From an uncultured Acidobacteriota bacterium (lineage in GTDB: Bacteria; Acidobacteriota; Vicinamibacteria; Vicinamibacterales; UBA2999), in the NCBI GenBank assembly GCA_963709325.1, contig CAVPVV010000003.1:1827889-1891888 (forward strand): a stretch of 64,000 nt of DNA, read 5' to 3'. Made by a program: the position numbers and the translations under genes. The notes beneath the pieces were generated by a model. The model searched no databases and had not been told where the DNA came from. It saw only the letters and a list, made by a program, of their open reading frames with translations. Every line of letters starts with the position of its first letter. The first letter of the stretch is position 1. Shown in pieces: positions 26,937 to 36,064 of this stretch.

Positions 26937-27592
26937 CCCGACGGCGAGCCATCGTCACAGCAGCGATCGTGACGGCGCTCGGGCCTGGGCCGGCGAGCGC
27001 CGCGCCGCGACTCGCAGGCGCCGATGTTCGCGTCGTGTTCGAGTCGCCAGTCGCGTGCAGCGTCGAGCTCGGCGTGACCATCGTCGATGCGGCGCAGGTG
27101 GAGCACCGCGTGGAGATTGCCGACGGCGGACGCGTCGATCTCATCGACGTCACCGGCGCGATGCCGGCGGGCCCGCCGACTGACATCGGACGCACGCGCG
27201 CGCTCACGCTGCGGCCGGAAGGCGCGAGCTACACGCTCCGCTACCAGGTGCAGCTACCGCAGGCCCGCTCCGGCCGATGTCCGTTGTGGATTCCCACCGT
27301 CGCTGCCGGCGTGACCGCGGCGTCGGTCCGGGTAACCACCCGGCTTCCAAAAGGCGCGCGCGCCGCCGGCACGATGCCGACCTTCCGCTGGAACGGCGAC
27401 GAGGGCACCGCGACGATCGGACACCTGCCCGCGTTCGTGCGGGTACCGTATGCGATGCCCGGCGAACCGGCGCCGTGGAACATCGCCGCGATCATGGACA
27501 CGGCCTCGATTGTCACTCTTGTCGGCTCGACGCTGGTGTGGGCGCGCTACCGGCGCAGGCGCGCGACGCGGATTGGAGAGGGTGGTGCCTGA
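26933..27592 (+). CDS. Hypothetical exported protein with a C-terminal membrane anchor
   Basis: The ATG at 26933 overlaps the upstream TGA (ATGA). The N-terminus is MTRRRAIVTAAIVTALGPGPASAAP. The C-terminal TM segment is IAAIMDTASIVTLVGSTLVWARYRRRR. I recognise no family. Confidence 0.65.
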   Translation: MTRRRAIVTAAIVTALGPGPASAAPRLAGADVRVVFESPVACSVELGVTIVDAAQVEHRVEIADGGRVDLIDVTGAMPAGPPTDIGRTRALTLRPEGASYTLRYQVQLPQARSGRCPLWIPTVAAGVTAASVRVTTRLPKGARAAGTMPTFRWNGDEGTATIGHLPAFVRVPYAMPGEPAPWNIAAIMDTASIVTLVGSTLVWARYRRRRATRIGEGGA

Positions 27593-27719
27593 GTCTCCGG
27601 GCTTCGGCTGGACGTTCTACGGGTTCTTCGTCGCCGCGGCCGCCTGGATGGGGCTGTACTTCCTCTGGGCGTGGCGGGCCGCCGCCGCGGACCGGACGAG
27701 GAGCCGCGATGATCGCTGA
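27582..27719 (+). CDS. Small hydrophobic protein preceding the symporter
   Basis: GTG at 27582/27585 in the frame of track ORF 27450..27719. VVPESPGFGWTFYGFFVAAAAWMGLYFLWAWR.. has one TM segment. It overlaps both neighbouring genes by 11 nt. Confidence 0.5.
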   Translation: MVPESPGFGWTFYGFFVAAAAWMGLYFLWAWRAAAADRTRSRDDR

Positions 27720-29151
27720 CCAGAACGTCCTCATCTGGGTCACGCTCATCTACTTCGCCATCGTCATCGGCGTGTCGCTCTGGGGATATCGGCGCGCGAC
27801 CTCGGAAGTCGAGTTCCTCGCCGCAGGACGCACCATCGGCCCCTGGGTCGGCGGTGCGGTGCTCGCCGCCACCCAGATCAGCGCCGGCACGTTCGTCGGC
27901 ACGCTGGGCCGTTCCTACCTCACCGGCGTGAGCTGGATGTGGGTCTGGTTCGGGGTGTGGTCCGGATGGGTCACCTCCGCCGTGTTCGTCGCGCCGAAGC
28001 TGCGCCGCTTCGGCGCCCTGACCGTCGCCGATTACGTGGGCACCCGGTTCGCGAGCGAGGGCGCCCGCACGCTGGCCGCCGCCCTGATCATCGTCTGCTA
28101 TTCGATCCTGCTGACCGCGCAGTTCCAGGCGATTGGCGAGATCGCCTCGGCGGTGTTCGGCCTGCCGCCGCTCGTGGCGATGACGGCGCTGCTGGCCAGT
28201 ACCGGGTTCTACACCGCGCTCGGCGGGGTCAGGGCCAGCTCGTACATCGAATTCATCCAGACGCTGATCATGGTGCTGGCGCTGGTGTGCGCGGTCCCGG
28301 TGGTGTTCGTGCACGTCGGCGGCTTCACGCCGCTCGGCGAGTACATCGGGTCGATCGACGCGCGCATCACAGGACAGTGGTTCTCCTGGCGCGAGCTCCT
28401 CGCCTTCAGCCTGGCGTTCGGCCTCGGCATCGCCGCGGCGCCCTACGAGATGACCCGCTACTACTCGATGCGGGACGTGGCCACGGTCCGCTACGCCATC
28501 GGCGTCTCGATGGTCCTGCAGCTGATCATCGGCGCCTGCGTGGCGACTCTCGGGATGGGGATGCGCGGGGTGTTTCCGTTCCTCCCGTCGCCCGACCAGG
28601 CCTCCAGCATCATGGCTTCGACGGTCATGCCACCGCTGCTCGGCTCGCTGTTCGTGGTGGCGATGCTCTCGGCGATCATGTCCACCGTCAATTCGATCCT
28701 GCTCGTCACCGGCGGCGCCTTCGCTCACGATCTCTACAAGCGCCTCGTGAACCCGGAAGCATCGGAGCGGCGGCTGGTGTGGGTGAACCGGCTGTCGATC
28801 GTAATCCTGGGCATCATCCCCTTCTGGTTCGCGCAGCAGCGACTCGGCGACGTCCAGACCATCGTTATCGAGCAGGCGAAATTCATCGCCAGCTTCTTCT
28901 TCGTACCAGTGGTGCTTGGCCTGAACTGGCGTCGCGGCACCCGAGAAGGCGCGATCTGGAGCATGGCAATGGGGTTCCTCGCGTGCCTGGTCTGGACCTT
29001 TACCCTCCAGCACAGCTTTTCAGGACACGGGATCGATTCGGTGGAAGTTGGCGTGATCGCGAGCGCGGTCACGTTCATCATCGTCAGCCGGCTGACGCCG
29101 CCGACGCCGGAGAAGAACCTCGCGATCTTTTTCGACGGGGAGAGGACCTGA
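27709..29151 (+). CDS. Sodium:solute symporter (SSS) family transporter
   Basis: Frame of 27277..29151, ATG at 27709. MIADQNVLIWVTLIYFAIVIGVSLWGYRR...FLAAGRTIGPWVGGAVLAATQISAGTFVG... It is polytopic throughout. Confidence 0.9.
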   Translation: MIADQNVLIWVTLIYFAIVIGVSLWGYRRATSEVEFLAAGRTIGPWVGGAVLAATQISAGTFVGTLGRSYLTGVSWMWVWFGVWSGWVTSAVFVAPKLRRFGALTVADYVGTRFASEGARTLAAALIIVCYSILLTAQFQAIGEIASAVFGLPPLVAMTALLASTGFYTALGGVRASSYIEFIQTLIMVLALVCAVPVVFVHVGGFTPLGEYIGSIDARITGQWFSWRELLAFSLAFGLGIAAAPYEMTRYYSMRDVATVRYAIGVSMVLQLIIGACVATLGMGMRGVFPFLPSPDQASSIMASTVMPPLLGSLFVVAMLSAIMSTVNSILLVTGGAFAHDLYKRLVNPEASERRLVWVNRLSIVILGIIPFWFAQQRLGDVQTIVIEQAKFIASFFFVPVVLGLNWRRGTREGAIWSMAMGFLACLVWTFTLQHSFSGHGIDSVEVGVIASAVTFIIVSRLTPPTPEKNLAIFFDGERT

Positions 29152-29216
29152 GGTTCTCGGGGTTCCCGAGGTTCGCGAGGCTCTCGGGGTTCGCTCTTGA
29201 GGTCTCGGGTGTTGGG
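29150..29216. repeat. Degenerate tandem array with about 9-nt period (TCGGGGTTC / CCGAGGTTC / GCGAGGCTC)
   Basis: gaggttc tcggggttc ccgaggttc gcgaggctc tcggggttc gctcttgaggtc tcgggtgtt, in the spacer between the SSS stop and the M28 start. Confidence 0.75.
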
Positions 29217-29224
29217 AGTAGACG

Positions 29225-31009
29225 ATGAAGCTGTTCAAGGACGAAGTGCTCGAGCGGACCGCGCGTGAGGCGGTCCGGCTCGATGAATCACAGGCACTGC
29301 TGGACACGTTCGAGAAGCTGGTGCGCGAGTCGGGCACGCCCGACGAGGAGACGGCCGGGCGCTACATCGCCGATCGGCTGACGGCGCTCGGCGTGCCGTT
29401 CACGCTCCACGAGCCCGAGATCTTCCTGAGCAACCCGGTCCGGGCCGAGCTCGGCGTGACGCCGTCAGGAGGCGCGCTCCGCGAGCTCCACGCGCGGCCG
29501 CCGGCGATGGCGCGCTCCACCGGCGACGCCGCCGTCGAAGCCGAGGTCTGCTACGTCCCGTCGAAGTACACCGGCGGAACCTCGTCGCTGTTCGACCTGC
29601 CCGACGCGGCTCGCGGCGGCGGCGCCGACGATCCGGTCCGCGGCAAGATCGTGCTCACCGAGGGCTTCTCGATGCCGGCCTCGGTCGGCGCCTTCGAACG
29701 GCGCGGCGCGATCGGCGAGATCTTCATTCACCCCGGGAAGAACGTCCACGAAGGGATCTGCACGTCGATCTGGGGCGCACCGACCGCGGAGTCGATCGGG
29801 CGAAAGCCGGCCGTGCCGGTGGCCTGCATCAACCACGCCGATGGCGAGGCGCTGATCGCCGACATCCAGCACGGCCCGGTCCGCGCCTCGATCAAGACCT
29901 GGATGCGCGAAGGCTGGATGAAGTGCCTGCTGCCGGTGGTCGAGATCCGCGGCCGCCAGGATCCGGACGAGTTCCTGCTGGTCCACGGCCATTACGACTC
30001 GTGGTACGAAGGCATTGGCGACAACGCCACGGGGGACGCGGCACTGCTGGAGCTGGCCCGGGTGCTGTGGACGCTGCGCGATCGACTCAAGCGAACGGTC
30101 CGGATCGCGTGGTGGCCCGGTCATTCCACCGGCCGCTATGCGGGATCGACGTGGTACGCCGACACCTTTGCCGACGAGATCGACGAGCACTGCATCGCGC
30201 AGCTCGACATCGACTCACCCGGGTGCGCCGACGCCACGGTCTACGAAGAAGTGATGTGGATGGCGGAAGCCGACGCGCTCTGCCGCTCCTCGATCCAGGA
30301 CGCGCTCGGCCTCGCCGCGCAGCGGGTCCGCCCGCTCCGGGCCGGCGACTACTCGTTCAACCAGATCGGGCCGACCGGTCTCTACATGCTGCTGTCGAAC
30401 ATCCCGGCCGAAGAGCGCAAGCGCCGCGGCTACTATGCGGTCGGCGGCTGCGGCGGCAACATCGCCTGGCACACGCCCGACGATCTGATGGCGGTGGCGG
30501 ACCTCGAGATCCTGCGCCGGGACCTGTGCGTCTACCTCACCACCATCGTACGCATCGTCAACGCGCCGCTGCACCCGTTCGACTACACCGAGGCGCTGGC
30601 CGAGATGGGCGTTGCGCTCGCGAAGTACCAGGATGCGGCCGCCGGCGAGGCCGACCTCTCGTCGGTGAGCGCCGCGCTCACCAGCGTCGCCGAGGCAATG
30701 CGGGCGTGGCGGGCCGAGGTGGACGCCCGCGTGGCCGCGGCGCCCAATGACGACGAGCTGAGACGGCGGACCAACGCGGCGCTGCGGCGAATCGCGCGGC
30801 TCCTCGTGCCGCTCAATTACGCAAAGGGCGAGCGGTTCGACCACGATCCCGCGCTCAAGTTCGGCATCCTGCCCAGGCTCGAGCCGGTAGCCAGCCTGCC
30901 GTCGATACCGGCGGAACTGAGGCGGTTTGCGAAGGTTGGCCTGGCGCGGGAGATGAACAAGGTGCGCGCGACCCTGCGGGCGGTGCAGCGCGAGGTGGGA
31001 AGGCCGTAG
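29225..31009 (+). CDS. M28 family metallopeptidase with PA domain
   Basis: GGGAG lies 6 nt upstream of the ATG. ...LLVHGHYDSWYEGIGDNATGDAALLELARV...WWPGHSTGRYAGSTWY... are the M28 metal-ligand blocks. Confidence 0.85.
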   Translation: MKLFKDEVLERTAREAVRLDESQALLDTFEKLVRESGTPDEETAGRYIADRLTALGVPFTLHEPEIFLSNPVRAELGVTPSGGALRELHARPPAMARSTGDAAVEAEVCYVPSKYTGGTSSLFDLPDAARGGGADDPVRGKIVLTEGFSMPASVGAFERRGAIGEIFIHPGKNVHEGICTSIWGAPTAESIGRKPAVPVACINHADGEALIADIQHGPVRASIKTWMREGWMKCLLPVVEIRGRQDPDEFLLVHGHYDSWYEGIGDNATGDAALLELARVLWTLRDRLKRTVRIAWWPGHSTGRYAGSTWYADTFADEIDEHCIAQLDIDSPGCADATVYEEVMWMAEADALCRSSIQDALGLAAQRVRPLRAGDYSFNQIGPTGLYMLLSNIPAEERKRRGYYAVGGCGGNIAWHTPDDLMAVADLEILRRDLCVYLTTIVRIVNAPLHPFDYTEALAEMGVALAKYQDAAAGEADLSSVSAALTSVAEAMRAWRAEVDARVAAAPNDDELRRRTNAALRRIARLLVPLNYAKGERFDHDPALKFGILPRLEPVASLPSIPAELRRFAKVGLAREMNKVRATLRAVQREVGRP

Positions 31010-31016
31010 AAAGGAG

Positions 31017-31051
31017 AAGGCCGGCGCCGCCGCAGTGGCGGGGCCGGCCTT
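31017..31051. terminator. GC-rich hairpin between convergent genes (candidate bidirectional terminator)
   Basis: AAGGCCGGC-g-CCGCC-GCAGT-GGCGG-g-GCCGGCCTT: 9 bp + 5 bp with one mismatch. A weak T-run appears only on the minus-strand side (CTCCTTTCT). Confidence 0.5.
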
Positions 31052-31067
31052 CGTCGAACTGCGCCGA

Positions 31068-32246
31068 TCAACCGCGCGCGGCGGTAGCCGACGTCGAGCG
31101 CTTCGGGAAGATCTCCTTGAACGCCTTCATGAACCTGTCCATCTCCTCCTCGCGCCCGATCGAGACACGAAGGTGGTTGACCATCGGCGGGAACGGACGG
31201 CCGACGAGGACGTTCTTCTGGCGGAACTCCTCGATCACCGGCTGCACCGTGCGCTCGTGGAGGCTGACCATGAAGAAATTCGTCTGCGACGGGATGACCG
31301 GGTAGCCCCACTCGTCGAGCTCCCGCGAGGTCTTGTTGCGGAGCGCGATCACCTTGCCCCGGATCTCGGCCTGGCCGGCAGCGTCATTGAGCGAGGCCGC
31401 GCCGCCCCACTTGACCAGCGCGTTGATGCTGTTCATCGCGAACGGCCGCATCTTGTTGATGATCTCGGGCGTCGAGACGGCGTAGCCGAGCCGCATTCCC
31501 GCCAGCGCGGCGATCTTCGAGAACGTCCGCGCGATGATCACCGGCCGCCCGTCCAGCACATACGGAACCGAGGTCGCGTAGGACGGATCGTCTACGAAGT
31601 GGTGGTAGGCCTCGTCAATCAGGATTGGCATGTCCTTGGGGATGCCCTCGACGACCTGCTTGATCTCCTTGGCCGGCACCACGACGCCGGTCGGGTTGTT
31701 CGGATTGCACAGGTAGAAGAACCCGACGTCCTTGGCGTTCTTGTTGGCCGCGTCGATCATCGCCGGGATGTCCTGGCGGAAATCCTTGAGGAGCGGGATC
31801 TTGATCCCCTCGGCCTTGATGCTGGTGGCGTGCTGGTAGACGGTGCCGTAGGTTGGATCCGCGCCGACTACCTTCTTGCCGCCGAGGAGGAACGCCGTGC
31901 CGACGACGTCGAGAATCTCGCCGGAGCCGGCGCCGAGCAGGATGTTCTCGGGCTTCACTTTGTGGTGATCGGCGATGGCCTGGACGATGTTGCCATCGGG
32001 GTAGCCATAGCGGTTGGCGTACTTCCACGCGTGGTTCATCGCCTTCATGACCGCATCGGGCGGACCCCAGTTGTTCTCGTTGCTGGCCAGCTTCGCGTAA
32101 GCGTCGTACTCGGCCTCGGTGCCGCCGAACTGCATGGTCCTGACCTGGGCGAACAGCGGCAGCGACGGCCGCAGCCCGAGGACGCCCATCGCGGCAGCGA
32201 CCCCTCCAAAAAACCGACGACGAGAAAGCGACTGCCTGACGTCCAT
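31068..32246 (-). CDS. Class I/II (histidinol-phosphate-aminotransferase-like) PLP aminotransferase with a canonical Tat signal
   Basis: ATG at 32244-32246 is preceded by GGAGG. MDVRQSLSRRRFFGGVAAAMGVLGL.. Also ...LASNENNWGPP...NPNNPTG...TFSKIAALAGMRLGY. Confidence 0.85.
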   Translation of the reverse strand: MDVRQSLSRRRFFGGVAAAMGVLGLRPSLPLFAQVRTMQFGGTEAEYDAYAKLASNENNWGPPDAVMKAMNHAWKYANRYGYPDGNIVQAIADHHKVKPENILLGAGSGEILDVVGTAFLLGGKKVVGADPTYGTVYQHATSIKAEGIKIPLLKDFRQDIPAMIDAANKNAKDVGFFYLCNPNNPTGVVVPAKEIKQVVEGIPKDMPILIDEAYHHFVDDPSYATSVPYVLDGRPVIIARTFSKIAALAGMRLGYAVSTPEIINKMRPFAMNSINALVKWGGAASLNDAAGQAEIRGKVIALRNKTSRELDEWGYPVIPSQTNFFMVSLHERTVQPVIEEFRQKNVLVGRPFPPMVNHLRVSIGREEEMDRFMKAFKEIFPKRSTSATAARG

Positions 32247-32283
32247 GAAGCCTCCAATATTGGGGAAAAGCGCTCCGCCGATT

Positions 32284-33747
32284 CTAGCGCAGGGCGCGCT
32301 TCCGGCGGTACAATCGCATCGGCCTGCTGCAGGGCCGTTTCCCACCCGGCGGGCCGCTCGGCCACCGCCCAACCCGTGGAAAACAACAGTGACAGCCGCT
32401 CGACTCGTTAAAAGCGATGAGGCCCTCGGTCAGGCGCCCGGCCACCGCATCGGCTTCGGCCGCCGAGGTCGCCGGCAGCAGCGTGACGAACTCGTCCCCG
32501 CCGATCCGAAACACGCGGTCGCCGCCGCGGAAGAAGTGGCGAAGGAACGAGGCCATGGACTTGAGCAGGGCGTCGCCGGCGGCGTGCCCCTGCCCGTCGT
32601 TGATCGCCTTGAGGCCGTCGACGTCGAACGCGAAGATGGCGACCGGGAACTCTCGGCTGGCCTTCAGCCGCGCGCTCTCGTCCTCGAAGTGACGCCGGTT
32701 GGAGAGCCCGGTGAGCTCGTCGGAGTAGCTCTGTTGGCGGAGCTGCTCCTCGAGCTGCTTCCGGGTGGTGATGTCGCGCAGCATCAGGAGGGCGCCGACG
32801 TCGCGCCCGTGCCGATCCGACAGGGCCCGCCGCTCCGCGTCGTACCATCGCGTCGCCCCGCCGACCAGCCACGGCTGCTCGGTGCGCTGGAGCTTGCCGC
32901 TCGAGAGGCCGTTCCAACCCAGCGCTCCGGCAACCGCGCTGGTCCACCGCCGCCCGAGAATCGGGCGGTCGGCTTCGGCGAGCACGGCCTCCGCCGCCCC
33001 GTTCGCGTCGACGATTACGCCGGCCTCGTTCAACACGACGACGGGATCCGGCATCGATTCGAAGAGCATGTCGCGCGCGACCGGCCGCGGATCGAGCAGA
33101 CGGTAGCGCAGCACCGCCCAGCCGAGGAACGTCGCCGTCAACCCGAACGCCGGGAGCGTCGGGTTGAGCGGCATTCACGCGGCCACTGAGGGCCACGCCT
33201 TGGCGAACTCGTTCAGGATGTTCGCGCCCAGCGGCAGGAGCGTCCCCACCGCCAGCAGCACGCTCTGGAACCGGTGCGTGCGGAACCAGTCTCGCACCAG
33301 GAGCCCGACCGCGCCGAGCGTGTAGGCATACGACAGCGCGAGGTGGAACGGAAACACCGGTCCGTTGAGGCCGACCAGCTCGTGGCGAAAGATGACCTCG
33401 CGAAAGAACAGGCGGTGAGCGTCGTTGGTGAGCAGCAGCGGCCCGAGCACTATCGGCCAGACGTACACAACCCGCCACGCCGCCGCGCGAGGCGGGTGCC
33501 CCACGTAATTGAGCGTAAACAGAAACCAGCTCGCGGTGATCAGGCCGATGCCGGGAAACTTCGCCGCGAACCAGAAGCGGGAGTGGGCCGGGTCCAACTG
33601 CTCGCCCAGATAGCAGAAGAGCCACCACGAGGTGGCCACCTCCATCGCGAAGAAATGGACGAACCCCCGGTTCCTCCGGTGCGGCCATGCGAGCACCGCC
33701 AATACCGCGGAAGCGCCGCCAATTACCGCGAGCAGCAGCAGGTACAT
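32284..33747 (-). pseudogene. 7TM-receptor / PAS / GGDEF diguanylate cyclase, interrupted by an in-frame TGA and two frameshifts near the 3' end
   Basis: ORFs 33175..33747 and 32284..33174 are contiguous in one frame, separated only by TGA (33175-33177) inside the last TM region (..AKAWPSVAA*MPLNPTLPAFGLTATFLGWAVLRYRLLD). The motif RIGGDEF is present. The tail LSLLFSTGWAVAERPAGWETALQQADA is in another frame, with a return to ..LYRRKRALR*. Confidence 0.75.
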
Positions 33748-33783
33748 CGACCTCTCGTGTGGCAGCGGATCAGTGCGTTTCCA

Positions 33784-33818
33784 CCTTCTGCCTTGTGCCT
33801 TCTGCCTTCTGCCTTATC
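33784..33818. repeat. Tandem heptamer array (CCTTCTG CCTTGTG CCTTCTG CCTTCTG CCTTATC)
   Basis: Read directly, in the spacer between the mscL stop and the GGDEF-gene start. Confidence 0.85.
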
Positions 33819-34179
33819 ACTTCCTCTTCAATTCATCCCGGATCTCCGCCAGGAGCTGCTCCGAGGGCGTCGGGCCCGCCGCCGGCGGGGGCGGCAGGTA
33901 ATGTGCCGCGAACGTATTGAACGGCACGACGATGAAGTAATAGACGGCCGCGGCCTTGAGCAGGAACGCGATGATCGCGTTGATGAAGTTGCCGATGTTA
34001 ACGGCCCCGACCTTCCAGGCCGAGAAATCGGGCTGCCCGACGACGGCCCCAATCGCGGGAGTGAAGACATCCTTGACCAGCGAATCGACGACCGCACCGA
34101 AAGCCGCGCCGATGATGACACCGACCGCGAGGTCGAGCACGTTACCGCGGGCGATGAATTGACGGAATCCGGAGAACAT
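33817..34179 (-). CDS. mscL: Large-conductance mechanosensitive channel MscL
   Basis: MFSGFRQFIARGNVLDLAVGVIIGAAFGAVVDSLVKDVFTPAIG... 120 aa. ATG at 34177-34179 with GGAGGGG upstream. Confidence 0.95.
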   Translation of the reverse strand: MFSGFRQFIARGNVLDLAVGVIIGAAFGAVVDSLVKDVFTPAIGAVVGQPDFSAWKVGAVNIGNFINAIIAFLLKAAAVYYFIVVPFNTFAAHYLPPPPAAGPTPSEQLLAEIRDELKRK

Positions 34180-34259
34180 GGCACCCCTCCCCTTTCGGCG
34201 CATTCTGCCACGGCCCGGGTGCCCCTTCGGCGCCTGAGTCCTCTCGCCGCTCGCCGTCG

Positions 34260-35354
34260 TTATCCCAGGACCCGCAACGCGATAACCAGCGCGGCAACCG
34301 CGCCGATCAGGTGCAGCCACAACGTCGATCGCCGCTGCGCGAACAGCGCCCCGCATGCGGCCAGCCCGCAGGCAGCGGCGATGAGCGGCCAATAGACATC
34401 GGTCAGGGTCGCATCTTTCACCTGCGGCGGTGACGCCCGGCGGCCGGCGTCGATGATGCGGTTGGCGATGTCGCGATCGGCCTCGCGATCGAGCTCGAAG
34501 TACTGCCCGCCGCCTTCGCTGGCCAGCCGCTGCAGGCCCCGCCGATCGAGGTGAGAGGTCAGCGGCGGCGGCTCGGTCTCGTCGGCAATCGGCACGTTGG
34601 GCATGCGGCCGCCGGCGAGGGTTCCGACGCCGACCACGAAGAGCGGCACGTGCTCGGTGCGGATCCGGTCCACGGCGCGGGCCACCTCGCCGCTCCACGT
34701 CTCACCGTCGGAGACGAGTACGAAGATCGGCGCGTTGGATGACGAGCCGTGCAGTTCGCGGTCCTTCTGGAGCACGCGCAGCCCCCATGCCAGCCCCTGC
34801 TCGACGTTGGTGTCCCACGTCGTCTCGTCTTCGAGCCGGAAGGGCGACCGCGCGCCGAGCCGGTCGAGGAAGAAGAAGACGGTGTTCGGGTCGCGGGTGA
34901 GCCGAACCTGCGGTGTCGCGACCCGCGCGAACACCGTCAGGGCCATGCGGTCATCGTCCCAGCGCAGCGCGTCGCCGAACCGCCGCAGGAACTCGGTGGA
35001 GCGCGACCAGCGGGTCCCGCCCGGCACGTCGGCCACGGACATCGACGCCGAGCCGTCCTGGAGAACGACGATGTCGAGGCCGATGCGGCCGAGGCCCGGA
35101 GTGACGGCTCGCGGGCGGGCCAGCGCGAGGACCAGGCCCGCGCACGCGATCGCCAGCAGGAGCCAGAGCGGCAAATCGCCGAAGAGACTCCAGCGCTCGC
35201 GGATCGGCGAGACGCGGCAGCTCCGAAGCCGACCCAGTTCCGCCAGGCGGCGTAGCGTCCGCCACGCCCACAGCGTCAGCAGCGCGGCCGGCACGACGAG
35301 CAGCCACAAATACGCTGGCGCGGCGAACGAAACGGACGCGGGATCGGGCAGCAC
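34260..35354 (-). CDS. VWA domain membrane protein (BatB-like)
   Basis: N-terminal TM segments, MIDAS motif VVLQDGSASMSVAD, and a C-terminal TM segment. It is the last gene of the MoxR operon. Confidence 0.85.
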   Translation of the reverse strand: MLPDPASVSFAAPAYLWLLVVPAALLTLWAWRTLRRLAELGRLRSCRVSPIRERWSLFGDLPLWLLLAIACAGLVLALARPRAVTPGLGRIGLDIVVLQDGSASMSVADVPGGTRWSRSTEFLRRFGDALRWDDDRMALTVFARVATPQVRLTRDPNTVFFFLDRLGARSPFRLEDETTWDTNVEQGLAWGLRVLQKDRELHGSSSNAPIFVLVSDGETWSGEVARAVDRIRTEHVPLFVVGVGTLAGGRMPNVPIADETEPPPLTSHLDRRGLQRLASEGGGQYFELDREADRDIANRIIDAGRRASPPQVKDATLTDVYWPLIAAACGLAACGALFAQRRSTLWLHLIGAVAALVIALRVLG

Positions 35355-35364
35355 TTCGATGACC

Positions 35365-36057
35365 TCAGCCCTTGCGCCGGAGCTTGCCTCCTTGAGCCTC
35401 TCCCGGCGGCGCCTCTTCCTGACCCGACTCGCGAGGAATCAGGATCTCGAACTCCTCGACCTTGACGTCCGCCGGCGGCCCGCCGGGAACGCCGTGAATG
35501 GTCGGTCCGCGCGGCAGGTCCGTCGTTGGCGGCCGCCCTGCTCGAGGCACGACGTCGTTCTTGACCCCTGGAGCCGGTTTCATCCGTTCGAGATAGCTGC
35601 GCAGGCGGGCGACGTACTCGTAGTTGAACGCAGCGTCGGCGTGATGCGGCGAGGCCTTGAGGACGTTTGCGTAGGCCTGGAGCACGGGATCGAGCCGCCG
35701 CGCGCCTTCGGGGCCGATGGCGCCTTCGTCTCGCGCGACCCGGTATGCGGCGTTGGCGGCGACAAAGATCACGTCCGGATCGGTGCTGCCACTCTCGTGC
35801 TTTACCAGATCGTCATAGCGCCCGAGCCAGTACTCGACGAGCGCGTGGCGACGGCCGGCCTGCGCGACGTCGCCGAGCGTCCTGGCCAGCGCACCGTCGG
35901 GCGGCGCCGCGGTGGCGGCGTCGTCGTAACGAAGCGTCACGAGCTGCTGCCAGGCACCGGCCTCGGTCCACACCAGCGCCGCCTCACTCCGCGCGAGGGC
36001 CGCGGCGCCGAACGAAAGCAGCGCCAGCAGGACCCGTACCCAAATCGTCATTCGCAT
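35365..36057 (-). CDS. Secreted TPR-like protein (BatC-like)
   Basis: Frame of 35365..36207. The ATG at 36055-36057 gives MRMTIWVRVLLALLSFGAAALARSEA. Helical repeats follow (..HADAAFNYEYVARLRSY..). The family assignment is tentative. Confidence 0.6.
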   Translation of the reverse strand: MRMTIWVRVLLALLSFGAAALARSEAALVWTEAGAWQQLVTLRYDDAATAAPPDGALARTLGDVAQAGRRHALVEYWLGRYDDLVKHESGSTDPDVIFVAANAAYRVARDEGAIGPEGARRLDPVLQAYANVLKASPHHADAAFNYEYVARLRSYLERMKPAPGVKNDVVPRAGRPPTTDLPRGPTIHGVPGGPPADVKVEEFEILIPRESGQEEAPPGEAQGGKLRRKG

Positions 36058-36064
36058 GGATTCC

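Noticed and set aside
33175-33177. A second in-frame TGA as another selenocysteine codon.
   Set aside because: It lies in a TM-linker region with no redox motif, and no family member uses Cys there. The same gene also has two frameshifts. A nonsense mutation is the simpler reading.
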